A stretch of DNA of 63,630 nucleotides, the filler included, from Octopus bimaculoides (lineage: Eukaryota): the NCBI RefSeq assembly GCF_001194135.2. It is 5 parts of 4 records of this genome, joined end to end, with 100 filler letters (N's around TTAATTAATTAA, not from the genome) between each part and the next. Parts side by side here need not be neighbours in the genome. Positions count along the whole stretch, not along the records: positions 23,498 to 45,953 come from NC_068989.1; positions 46,054 to 49,964 come from NC_068994.1; positions 50,065 to 63,630 come from NC_068983.1; 2 more parts are not named here. One strand, given 5' to 3'. Below the pieces are notes generated by a model. That model did no database searches and was not told where the DNA came from. It saw only the letters and a list, made by a program, of their open reading frames with translations. Each line of letters opens with the position of its first letter. Positions within the stretch are counted from its first letter, which is position 1. The position numbers and the translations under genes are program-made. Positions 42,296-54,494 of the stretch are shown piece after piece.

Positions 42296-42602
42296 GTGGA
42301 GGCGCAATGGCCCAGTGGTTAGAGCAGCGGACTTGTGGCTGGAGGATCATGGTTTCAATTCCCAGACTGGGCGTTGTGTGTGTTTATTGAGTGAAAACAC
42401 CTAAAAGCTCCATGAGGCTCTGGCAGAGGGTGGTGGTGACCCCTGTTGTACTCTTTTGTCCCGACTTTCACTCACTCTTTCTTCCTGTTTCTTGAGTAAC
42501 GCTGCGATGGACTAGCGTCCCGTCCAGCTGGGGGGAATACATACGCCATGGAAACCAGGAAACCAGGCCCATGAGCCTGGCTAGGCTTTAAAAGGGCGCA
42601 AA
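42296..42602 (+). mobile_element. tRNA-derived SINE family D
   Basis: Box A TGGCCCAGTGG and box B GGTTTCAATTCCC. Body motif GCGATGGACTAGCGTCCCGTCCAG recalls the V-SINE domain (from memory, unverified). Confidence 0.65.
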
Positions 42603-44650
42603 AATAAAAAAAAACATCTGCATATTCATCCTCAATATTCTCTCTCTCTCTCTCTCTCTCTCTTTTCAAGCCACATACCTCCTCTTCAGCAAAACACCTG
42701 TTCCTGTCTCTCTGTGATACTCTCACCTCCCATGATATNNNNNNNNNNNNNNNNNNNNNNNNNNNNNNNNNNNNNNNNNNNNNNNNNNNNNNNNNNNNNN
42801 NNNNNNNNNNNNNNNNNNNNNNNNNNNNNNNNNNNNNNNNNNNNNNNNNNNNNNNNNNNNNNNNNNNNNNNNNNNNNNNNNNNNNNNNNNNNNNNNNNNN
42901 NNNNNNNNNNNNNNNNNNNNNNNNNNNNNNNNNNNNNNNNNNNNNNNNNNNNNNNNNNNNNNNNNNNNNNNNNNNNNNNNNNNNNNNNNNNNNNNNNNNN
43001 NNNNNNNNNNNNNNNNNNNNNNNNNNNNNNNNNNNNNNNNNNNNNNNNNNNNNNNNNNNNNNNNNNNNNNNNNNTGGTGGTGGTGGTGGTGGTGGTTTTG
43101 GTGCAAAAAGTATGAAACTGAAAATATTGGTGAGGTGATGATTTTAATTTATCTGCTGATTGTTTATTTATGTATTCATGCATTCATTATGTATTCATGC
43201 ATTCATTATGTATTCATGCATTCATTATGTATTCATTTACTCATTCATTCATTTGTTTGTTTATTGTAATCTGTTTCAGTTTTGCTTACAACACAACAAC
43301 AGAAATCATATCAATCTCAGCAAATTCAAGAAGAAGAAGAACAACAACAGAAGCAGCAATAACAGAGACAACACCTCTGAGGTCAACTTTGCCTTTCATC
43401 CTTTCGGGGTCGATAAATTAAGTACCAGTTGTGTACTGGGTCGATCTAATCGACTGGCCCCCTCCTCAAAAATGTCGGGCCTTGTGCCTAGAGTAGAAAA
43501 GAATAATAGAGGCAACAGGACAACAATTGCAACACCAACACAAACAACAGTAACATCATCATCATCGCTGTTGTCGTCGTCATTGTCATCATCATCGTCA
43601 TCGTCATCATCATCATCATCACCATTGATAACAACAGGTTACTACAGCAGTAATACCAGCAGCAATAGCAATAACAACTGCAACTGCTTGACAGCATTAA
43701 CAACAACAGAAACAACAGGAACATTAGCAACAACAACAACAACAACAACAACAGCAGCAACAGCAACAATAACAATCAGTTATCTGAGATTATAGCTTAA
43801 GTTGACATTTTCTTTTTGGATCAGCAAATGTTAGAATTCAGAAGATTAGCCTTCAACCATTTCCTGTATATGCTCACCCTATCACAACCATCATCACCGA
43901 TGCCGACCAACCTTGCCACTACCACTAAAACCACCAGCACCACCAGCACCACCACCTCCACCACCACCACCACCACTACCAGCCCTCCAATAAACACCAT
44001 CTCTCCTACCTCCACCANNNNNNNNNNNNNNNNNNNNNNNNNNNNNNNNNNNNNNNNNNNNNNNNNNNNNNNNNNNNNNNNNNNNNNNNNNNNNNNNNNN
44101 NNNNNNNNNNNNNNNNNNNNNNNNNNNNNNNNNNNNNNNNNNNNNNNNNNNNNNNNNNNNNNNNNNNNNNNNNNNNNNNNNNNNNNNNNNNNNNNNNNNN
44201 NNNNNNNNNNNNNNNNNNNNNNNNNNNNNNNNNNNNNNNNNNNNNNNNNNNNNNNNNNNNNNNNNNNNNNNNNNNNNNNNNNNNNNNNNNNNNNNNNNNN
44301 NNNNNNNNNNNNNNNNNNNNNNNNNNNNNNNNNNNNNNNNNNNNNNNNNNNNNNNNNNNNNNNNNNNNNNNNNNNNNNNNNNNNNNNNNNNNNNNNNNNN
44401 NNNNNNNNNNNNNNNNNNNNNNNNNNNNNNNNNNNNNNNNNNNNNNNNNNNNNNNNNNNNNNNNNNNNNNNNNNNNNNNNNNNNNNNNNNNNNNNNNNNN
44501 NNNNNNNNNNNNNNNNNNNNNNNNNNNNNNNNNNNNNNNNNNNNNNNNNNNNNNNNNNNNNNNNNNNNNNNNNNNNNNNNNNNNNNNNNNNNNNNNNNNN
44601 NNNNNNNNNNNNNNNNNNNNNNNNNNNNNNNNNNNNNNNNNATATATATA

Positions 44651-45920
44651 CAGGGGTTGGACAAAATAATGGAAACACCTTAAAATTTCAAACAAATTTA
44701 TTTTAATATGGGGTAGGACCTCCTTTGGCAGTAATTACAGCTTGAATTCTATTGGATATGGACTCGTACAAAGTTTGAATTGTTTCCAAAGGAATTTTTG
44801 TCCATTCTTCAGCTAAAACAGTCTCCAGTTCTTGTAGTGATGATGAAGGAGGATATCGACTCCTTACTTGTTGTTCTAAAATGCACCATAAATGTTCAGA
44901 AATATTGAGATCTGGGGACTGTGGTGGCAAGATAAGATGTTCAACTTCACTTGAATGTTCCTCGTGCCATTTAGTAACAACTTTAGCTGTGTGAAATGGT
45001 GCATTATCATCCTGGAAGATTGCATTTCCCTCTGGAAATAGTTCCACAACCATAAGATGAATTTGATCAGATAAAATGCTTAAATGGTCTTGACTATTAA
45101 TTCTGTCATGAAGGGAAACCATTGGGCCGGTGGATTTCCAAAATATTGCACCCCATATCATTATAGATCCTCCTCCATGTTTAACAGTTGGAAGAAGGCA
45201 GTCTGGGTCAAATGCTTCTTTTGGTTGTCTCCACACGTATACTTGGTCAGTGGTCAGAAATAAGGTAAAGGATGACTCGTCCGAGAAAACAACATTCTTC
45301 CGCTGCTCTAGGGACCAATTCTGTAGGTTTTTACTCCACTTTAAATGCTTTACAACATTTGTTTTTGAAAGTCGTGGTTTTCTGATTGCAGCCCTCCTGT
45401 GAAATCCGGCTTTGTGCAACTCCTGGAAAACAGTTTTTGTGGATACTGGGTTCTCGAGGTGGTCATTAAGCTCTGCAGTACTTTTGGGAGCTGTGCTTTG
45501 TGATCCTTTCTAATAATTTGTGTAAGAGTCTGATGGTCCCTATCTGAAAGTTTTGGTTTTCTTCTGAAGTTTTGTTTCGACGAAGAGGTTTTTCCCTCTT
45601 TTTAAAAGGCTGTCATTACTTTCGAGACTGTTCTTCTTGATACACCAAACATTTCAGCTGTTTTCGTTATGCTAGCGCCTGCCATACGAGCACCAACAAT
45701 TTGAACTCTTTGGAAGTCTGATATATCTGTCATTTTAATGAATTTTAATTACCTTCTTCTGATGATATCTGAAAAGAAACAGCAATCTTAGTAAAACATA
45801 TTAAGCAACACTAATAATAAATAAAAAAACATAAGAATTAACAAGCTTTTGATAGTTTTATAGATATTTCAAAATTATGATGCTATGACGCTAGGTGTTT
45901 CCATTATTTTGTCCAACCCT

Positions 45921-45922
<2 letters not shown>
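44651..45922 (-). mobile_element. Full-length Tc1-family transposon with DD36E spacing, inactive
   Basis: 30-bp TIRs CAGGGGTTGGACAAAATAATGGAAACACCT (29/30). Transposase 45733->44703 (MTDISDFQR...GGPTPY) has a stop and a frameshift; VFSDES, FQDDNAP and SPDLNISE, with 36 aa between D2 and E. Confidence 0.93.
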
Positions 45923-45953
<31 letters not shown>

Positions 45954-46053
45954 NNNNNNNNNNNNNNNNNNNNNNNNNNNNNNNNNNNNNNNNNNNNTTA
46001 ATTAATTAANNNNNNNNNNNNNNNNNNNNNNNNNNNNNNNNNNNNNNNNNNNN

Positions 46054-46098
<45 letters not shown>

Positions 46099-46109
46099 AT
46101 ATATAAATG

Positions 46110-46155
<46 letters not shown>

Positions 46156-47634
46156 TTTAGATATATGTATATATATAAATGCATACGCACACAGTGAGAG
46201 AGAAGGAGAGAGAGAGCGAGAGCGAGAGAGAGAGAGAGAGAGAGAGAAGAAGGAGAGTGAGCTATTGACGCCTTTCTCCACCATCTTCACGTGATGAGAC
46301 GATAAGATATTTCGAGTAACGAACCTCTTTACAAAGGATGAGAAGCCATTAGATGATCCTGGGTCTTTTTCAATTTCATAAGGGTTTCTTAAGATTCTTT
46401 ATCCATTAAGGGATTTTAAAAGATCTTTACGAACTAAATCCTTTTCAAAATTAGTCTTTGAAGTGAGGATTAAGGGTTAGCGATAGAGTAGAAATCCAGA
46501 AAGCCACCTTATGTTAATACATTATGGCTGTCAACTCGTAAAGAAATATGACCATCATTGACAAATTACACCGCGCAACAAAATTTTAATTTTTTAATAT
46601 ATTTGGTCAGTAAGTGTTATTTCCTATTTGCTTCTATCTAGAAATCAAAGGAAGTGACTACTATTCCCTTCAAACTTTGCTTTTCCGACCTATTTTCCAT
46701 TACATTTCAGACAGATCAAGCGCTGAGTTGTTGAAGCAGAAATATCGTTAGAGCAAATATTCTGCACAATGCCACAGGTTTGTTTGTTGCCTTGGGTTAG
46801 TGAGTTTTATTTCCGTTTTGCTTCTATCTAGGAATCAAAGGAAATGATTATTATTCCCTTCAAACCTTGCTTTTGTGACTAGGACATTAATGTTTTGAAA
46901 CTGACCGATGAGTTCATAACTAGGGTCCGGAACTCTCGTGGAAAAGAAATTTCGCGGGCGGTACACACCCTTCTTACATGTGTTTTTTTTTAAAAAACAT
47001 TCCTCATTGAAGGAACGGAATCAGCCTATGAATAACTAAACACCAATAGTTAAGCTATTATATAAACCAATCATGGGCAAACTGCGACCCGTGGGACTTT
47101 CTGAATGCTACGCCTAACGGAAAAACCACCTTGAACTGTTTTCATCGTGCGGCTCTCCTAATAACGATCCATGTCTCGTGCGGCCCGCTTCTCGATAAAG
47201 CTTCTTCATGCCTTGAAAGAATAGTTAATACCTTATACTATTTTTTCGTGGGAGAATCTACGTGGATGCTCGACCTGCTAGATGAAACAACCAATTCTCC
47301 TTCAAATCGCAATGTCCTTATATTTATTTAGGTCTATCATGACTCTTAGGATTCCTAAGGCCGAAGCTTAACCCGAATTCCATTGCATATAAATGTCTGA
47401 GAGTACAACATTTCCCTCACCTCCTGGATAAGACGCTTGTCCATCTTAGGATTAACTTCCCAGCTATTGCTGAAACTCACTTTACAACTAAGTGTACTAG
47501 AGCAACGTGAAATAATGTTTTCCTCAAGGTTACACTATCTGGCCTGGAATCGAAACCACGATCTTACGTTCGTAAGTGCAACACCCTAACCGCTAGGCCA
47601 TGCACCTTGACACCGTACCTTTTAAACTTTAAAC

Positions 47635-47995
47635 TTTTATTTGTTTCAGTCGTTAGACAGCAGCCATGCTGGGGCATCGCTTTGAAGGATCTTAGTCGAC
47701 CAAATCGACCACAGTACTTATTTTTTAAAGCCTAGTACTTATTCTATCGGTCTCTTTTTTGTCGAACCGCTAATTTACTAGGACGTAAACAAGCCAATGC
47801 CGGTTGCCAAGCCGCGGTTGGGGGATAAACAAATAAGTTCTCACCGCCAACACAAACACGAAGGGCTCCTTTCAGTTTCCGTCCACCAAATTCACTCACA
47901 AGGCTTTGGTCGGCCCGGCACCAGTGCCATGCAGTGGAACTGAACTCGGAAGCATATGGTTGGAAAGAGCAAATATTTTACTACACAACCATGTC
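47635..47995 (-). mobile_element. SINE family B
   Basis: Same consensus as the 30928 copy. Confidence 0.75.
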
Positions 47996-49667
47996 TAATA
48001 AAAAATTTAAAAAATAAACCTTCATCGGATAATGTTGTTAAGTGATACTGTGTCGATGTGTAAGATGAGAGGCTCACACAAGAACATAGCAAGACCGATT
48101 CGGAGTTAACAAATAACGATAAGCAAGTCTAGAGTTGCCTCCCTTAATTGCTCTATTGACTGCTACTTAAGTAAAACATATCCATAACAGTCTTCTTATT
48201 TCCGGAAAATAAATCTTTACTTTTCCAAAATGACATGTCAATTTAAAAAGATTTTCTTGATTTCTTTTTGTAATTGTTTCCCTTCTTTAAGTGTAGCTGC
48301 TCTTAATNNNNNNNNNNNNNNNNNNNNNNNNNNNNNNNNNNNNNNNNNNNNNNNNNNNNNNNNNNNNNNNNNNNNNNNNNNNNNNNNNNNNNNNNNNNNN
48401 NNNNNNNNNNNNNNNNNNNNNNNNNNNNNNNNNNNNNNNNNNNNNNNNNNNNNNNNNNNNNNNNNNNNNNNNNNNNNNNNNNNNNNNNNNNNNNNNNNNN
48501 NNNNNNNNNNNNNNNNNNNNNNNNNNNNNNNNNNNNNNNNNNNNNNNNNNNNNNNNNNNNNNNNNNNNNNNNNNNNNNNNNNNNNNNNNNNNNNNNNNNN
48601 NNNNNNNNNNNNNNNNNNNNNNNNNNNNNNNNNNNNNNNNNNNNNNNNNNNNNNNNNNNNNNNNNNNNNNNNNNNNNNNNNNNNNNNNNNNNNNNNNNNN
48701 NNNNNNNNNNNNNNNNNNNNNNNNNNNNNNNNNNNNNNNNNNNNNNNNNNNNNNNNNNNNNNNNNNNNNNNNNNNNNNNNNNNNNNNNNNNNNNNNNNNN
48801 NNNNNNNNNNNNNNNNNNNNNNNNNNNNNNNNNNNNNNNNNNNNNNNNNNNNNNNNNNNNNNNNNNNNNNNNNNNNNNNNNNNNNNNNNNNNNNNNNNNN
48901 NNNNNNNNNNNNNNNNNNNNNNNNNNNNNNNNNNNNNNNNNNNNNNNNNNNNNNNNNNNNNNNNNNNNNNNNNNNNNNNNNNNNNNNNNNNNNNNNNNNN
49001 NNNNNNNNNNNNNNNNNNNNNNNNNNNNNNNNNNNNNNNNNNNNNNNNNNNNNNNNNNNNNNNNNNNNNNNNNNNNNNNNNNNNNNNNNNNNNNATAAGT
49101 ACTAGACATCCAAAGAATAAGTCCTGGAGTCGATTTGCTCACTAAAGGTGGTGCTCCAGCATGGCCGCAGTTAAATGACTGAAACAAGTAAAAGAGTAAA
49201 AAAGTAAAAGAGTATATTCCCCTCTCAGATTCACACACATATTGCAGCGGTCCTTTAGTTTTACTAGGCTCTGTAAAAGAACTCGGAAGGTTGGGTCTCC
49301 CACCAGGCCTTTCGTGAGACCCTTAAAGCGAGGAACTTTCCAGCATCCCATCGGTAGTGAGAGACAAACACAGACACAAGTACACACACGCACACACACA
49401 CACATACAGAGTAACTACTTACATTGTGTGTGTATATACCTAGCAGTATGCCGATTAACGCACGTTCACTATTTATGGCTACCTGATGTCGTCCATAGTA
49501 TAGATGTAAATGCCACTGAGTCTGCCTCAGGAATTCCTCAGTGCTCGTTGAGTAGAAAGCAAATGAGAACAGCAGAATATAGAATCCACGGGAGGCAACC
49601 GTGTAGAGGCGAATACTGTATAATCGAATCGAACGAAACCGTATTTATTGAACGAGGTACCTTTTGA

Positions 49668-49775
49668 AGTTACCTGATGAGACACATCGGCACTGGAGGA
49701 TGCAGCATAACCAGTTGTATAGTATCTCATCCGTGAGGGATCGATGCATGATGAGTCGAAACGATCGTTGTAATT
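49668..49775 (+). ncRNA. Type I hammerhead ribozyme with intact core and palindromic stem III
   Basis: Stem I AGTTAC (49668-73)/GTAATT (49770-75); CTGATGA 49674-80; stem II GACACATC/GATGAGTC (7/8); GAA 49758-60; stem III ACGATCGT 49761-68; cleavage triplet GUU (H17=T49769). Confidence 0.8.
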
Positions 49776-49931
49776 AAAGAATCTTGTGAATTCCATTTCC
49801 TGTGAGGAAAGAAAACTCCGAATGACCCGTCCTTATTTTCTTTGTATCGTCTGTCTGGATGTTTTGTTGCCCCACTTTTGTATCACCCAACTGTCTGGAT
49901 GTTTTGCGTTCTTGTCTCATTTTGTATTTTA

Positions 49932-49964
<33 letters not shown>

Positions 49965-51050
49965 NNNNNNNNNNNNNNNNNNNNNNNNNNNNNNNNNNNN
50001 NNNNNNNNTTAATTAATTAANNNNNNNNNNNNNNNNNNNNNNNNNNNNNNNNNNNNNNNNNNNNTATATATATATATATATATGTATATATAGCGAGAGA
50101 GAGCAGTAAACTGATCAACTGGTACTTCCATATGAAAATCCAGGTACTTTATATCCCATTGTACTTATTCTACCTGATTGTGTTCCACATACCTTGTCTT
50201 GTCACTCTACTTAATGAACCAGTGATGTTTGTCTCTCTGGAATTAGGTTTCCAGAGAAATCATCGTCTTTGGAAATCTATGAACAACAATATTCTTATTC
50301 AGCATTTGCAATATAAAATGTATAAAATAAAGAATTTAACTTTTAATCCTAAAATAGAACTTCTTTATACCTCTCTTTGATTAGTTCTGATTTGATTATT
50401 CACTGTTTTTCATTGTCTTGGAGATTTAATTCTTTGGTTATTTTCAGAATATCAACGCAGAAAAAACTATAACATTTCTGTACTGGTTCTTACATCAGTC
50501 TTTTTTTTTGTCTTTTTCACAATTACTAATTCTTCTTTTTTTTTCTGTTTTATCAACTGAAGAATTGCCAAAGCTTGGCATTCTTTTCTTTTTTTTTAAC
50601 GAGAATTGATATTTGTTTTAGTCCAATCAAATTTTATTCAACAAGGATTATAAAAAAAAAATAAAAAGAGAAAGAAAGAAAAAAGGAAAATCAACCTATA
50701 AGTCTAGAATTTGGTTCAGCATTTTACAGTGAAAATAAAGAAAAAAGAATGAAAAACAATAGATTCACCAGACAAAAGACACTTTTGAATCTTGAAGAAT
50801 TTTCATTGAAACTTTGACCTCCAAGAAACAGATTCCTCTACCTGTGGAAGAATTCAATGAACATAAATATATTGGAATCTAAAACATCTAAAGATGGAAT
50901 ATACTATGAGAAATAGTGAATTGTTATGGATTTCTTCACTAGTAGGAAGCATCTTATAATGTCAAAAGTCGTCTTTTGGTTTAATGCCACTGACGACGAT
51001 ACTGAAAATGGCGACCGCTTAATTATCTAACTATTTTATGTTACTTTCAG

Positions 51051-51101
51051 CGCCCTGACTAAGTTGAGCTTAAGCTATTGTAGAGCTAAAACTGCACCCA
51101 G
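51051..51101 (+). other. Candidate 51-nt cassette exon
   Basis: Branch point CTAAC about 20 nt upstream, TTACTTTCAG| acceptor and CAG|GTAAGT donor. Confidence 0.55.
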
Positions 51102-52079
51102 GTAAGTGGATAGGGTCAGGAATTATCAGGTATAACTGGCTGTGGATCGGATTTTTTACCTATGGCAGTTTCGGTGCCGGCACAACAAATGGTCAACTCT
51201 TTATAGTCAATGTTTGTGCTAACATTGTCACACTGTGTTTGGCCATTTGCAAGGTTCCGTTTGATGCCAGTTTCTCCAGTTCTACTACATTAGTGAGGCG
51301 CGGTTTCATTGGTGTGCGGGCGGTGGTAGTTTTGGGACTATGGTGTTTAATACTTCATGTCTTTTATTTACTTATTTTTTGACTTTTTTTTTACCAATAT
51401 TTAGTTGGATTTTATACTAGCACACATCCAGGCTAAGAATCTGATACTAAAAATGGTCTCTTTTAATCTTCAAGTGAATTCCTTTGCTTCTTTGCTAATT
51501 CATTTAAAAGGTTGTGGGTTTATCTATTAACCAAATTTTTGCTTGTTCTGCCCATTTGAGAACGAAAACACTCTGCTTTTTTATGTAGACATCTCTTCCT
51601 TACATAGATACCTCTTCTGTATATAGAATACAGCCATTTTTTCTTACATAGGTACCTGTTTACGTTATGCAGATACCTGTCTTTTTCTTATATAAATACT
51701 ATTTTTTTTTTTTCTAATTTAGATAGATACCTGCTATTTTTATAGAGGTAAATGTTTTTATACACCAAATACCTATTTCTTTATGCAGAGGATTATTTTC
51801 TTAATAATATTCTTTCGTTTTTGTTAGAGACTTTGATAGAATATTAAAATCACTGCAGATAGATTGACTAACGAAGTTTCTTTGATGCTTTACTCATTAT
51901 CAAGTGAAGTGTATTTAGCTTCTGACACATTGAGCCTTATTGGCAATATCTACTGGAACTGTGATCTATCAGCTTTTCATAACTGACAGGAATTTAAACT
52001 GACCTTTTTGGTTAAAAGTGATATTTTTACTCTTTCCATTTTTCTATCACTCAACAATTAAGCAAATCATAATGTGAAT

Positions 52080-52980
52080 AGGGTGTTAATTATATCAGAG
52101 TGTCTTGAGGTTAATTATGTCAAAGAGTAGTAACAAATAGGTTAACTATGCTATATAGTATGATTGAGAGTTAATTGCATCATAGTGACCAGTGGATAAT
52201 TAGGTTAGTGAGCTAGTTATAGAGTGACCACTGAGCTAACTGTATGCCACAGAATCTCTCAAAACTAGACACCAAAATCTAAGTACTGTCCAAGCTTAAT
52301 TAGGTTACAAAAATGAAGAATAACCCAGAATAACAAAACTAAGATATAAGAAATTCACAATCTTGCATATGTGCATTCCCATCATCAGCTGCCCAAACAG
52401 AGGGCATTATGGTTTTGACACTTGGGCAGTACCATTCAATCTGGCAGTGTCCACAGTGTTAAAAATATAATACTGCCTGGGAATTCACCAGTTTATTACT
52501 ACAAATAACAATGTAAGAGTAAATAGATAGTGATAACTAATAGCTCCAAAATAGTATAAATATAATAGTGTGATCAATCGGTTAACTACATTGTAGAATG
52601 ACCAAGGAGTGGTCATTGTATATAATTGCACCATTACCAATGAGGTAGTTATATTGTAGAGTGACCAGTGGGTTATTTATGTCTTAGAATAACCAATGAG
52701 TTAATTATGACAAAGAGTGACTAATGGGTTAATCCTATCTAGAGTGATTAAGGTTTTAATTACATCTTAGAGTGATCAGTGAGTTATGTCAAAGAATAAC
52801 CAATGTAAATAGGGAATTAATTAATTAAGCTGTAGGTTGATCAATGGGTAAATTAATATCACTGTGTAACCAGAGGGTCAATTATATTATGTGAGTAACT
52901 AATGAACTAATTATGTCATGATGTGACCAGGGGATTAGTTATGTCAAAGAGTGAGTTAATTAAATCGTAATATGACCAAA
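52080..52980. repeat. Degenerate ~28-bp minisatellite in two blocks
   Basis: Units such as AGAGTGACCAGTGGGTTATTTATGTCTT and AGAATAACCAATGAGTTAATTATGACAA start at 52658, 52686, 52714, 52741 and 52769. Confidence 0.75.
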
Positions 52981-53549
52981 ACATTAATTATGTTACTTAG
53001 CAGATACTTTTCAAACAGTAAATTCAGAATAAAACCATTTCTTTCTCGTTTATTTATTTATTTATTTATTTATTTTACTGAGAATAGTTCAATAATTTAT
53101 GAACAGGAATTAACTGGTCTCAGCTCTATTCTTTATCATCAAAAATTTAAGAAACTATTTGTAAGAAATAATTAATTACATAATTATTGATCATGAAGAG
53201 TTTGTTAGCCACAGGAGTTCATTAAAATTTATCAGGTGTAAGTGATAATTTTGGAAGACAATAATGATGGATGTTCCAGCATGGTCTTGACTGGGAAGTC
53301 TGAAATAAACTAAAGAACTGAAACTATGTAGAATGTACGAAAATTTGATGCCGGTCTCATTATCCAGATTCTTGCAGGGGTCAGTTAAATTCCATTTCCT
53401 TCCATTGCTGCAAAATGGTCTGAGACCTTTATTACTTTTGTTTTTTAATACTTTGGTTGTTTTTTTAATATTTTGGTCCTCAATCTGGTTAGTTTGTTGT
53501 TTGATAATCTTTTGAGATGATTTTCAACAGGAATGTCTGTTGGGTTTAA

Positions 53550-53771
53550 CCCTTTCGTTACTGTATTTCTGTTGAGATGGTCTGTGTTTCTTTCAATTAC
53601 TTTAAATATAACAAAGAATTTAGTAAAATAACTTGGTTACCATTCAACTAGTGTTAGGAACATAAATTCAGACTAAGATTTGGTGGAAGATTTTAATTCA
53701 AAACTGATGAAAACCAGACATTTTGTACTCAGAGCCAGAGGTGGTTTCAGCCAGGTTGGTATCAAAAGGGG
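53550..53771. mobile_element. piggyBac-type MITE
   Basis: TTAA|CCCTTT ... AAAAGGGG|TTAA. Confidence 0.75.
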
Positions 53772-54191
53772 TTAACTAAAAATCATTGGGATACAAGAAT
53801 ATGAGGGGTTAAAATATGTGTTAGCAAAAGATAATGCAGAGGGAGAATACATTATACATACATTCCTACCTTGGTTCTACGGACTAAAAGGTGGGTGGAC
53901 ATCGGTCCGATGAAGCCGATTGTCTATAGGTACTGACACTAAGTTTAGGTTATGTTAGGAGTGGTTAATATCAAGAATTACATTACGAAAGACAGAGGAA
54001 TGAATAGAGTACTGTACTTTTAATCAAGCACACTATCCAATCTGATAGAATGTTAGCCATTTTGCCTTGTCAACAGGGTGGCATCATTCAAAAGCTAAAA
54101 CAATACAAAGTGCATTGTGACCAGCAATGTATAACAACATCCAATAATCTTGTTGATCATGTGATACACACACACACACACACACACACAT

Positions 54192-54225
<34 letters not shown>

Positions 54226-54240
54226 CATCTGAAACATATA

Positions 54241-54494
54241 ATATTAAATATCCAACATGGCTGATCTTACCAATCGGTTTCGTGTAATGGATACAATGCA
54301 GTGTTAGGTAACAATCTGATTATATAAGTTTACACTCATCAGAGTTAGCCGATATAGAAGAGAGTCGATAGTCCCTTCCATATTGACTAACGCTGATGAG
54401 TGTAAAGTTATATAATCGGATTGTTACCAAACACTCCCTGGTATTCTTTACGCAAAACCGATTGGTAAGACCAGCCGTAATGGAGATTTAATAT
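54241..54494. repeat. 254-bp foldback palindrome (120-bp arms, 14-nt loop)
   Basis: 54241-54360 aligns without gaps to the reverse complement of 54375-54494 at roughly 80-85% identity (by eye). Confidence 0.9.

Noticed and set aside
49242-49667. 141-aa ORF upstream of the intact hammerhead as a PLE GIY-YIG remnant
   Set aside because: No GIY-YIG or RT motif recognised; it includes a CA microsatellite.
50448-50560. Possible phase-1 terminal exon of gene 1 (EYQRRKNYNISVLVLTSVFFFVFF...)
   Set aside because: The hydrophobic stretch comes from T-rich sequence, it is 27 kb from the last exon and there is no homology; unsupported without transcripts.
52080-52980. CRISPR-like periodicity
   Set aside because: Units are adjacent without unique spacers, highly degenerate and in eukaryotic intronic context with no cas genes.
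54388-54420. CTGATGAG in the 254-bp palindrome as a hammerhead core
   Set aside because: No stem II/GAAA partner follows.
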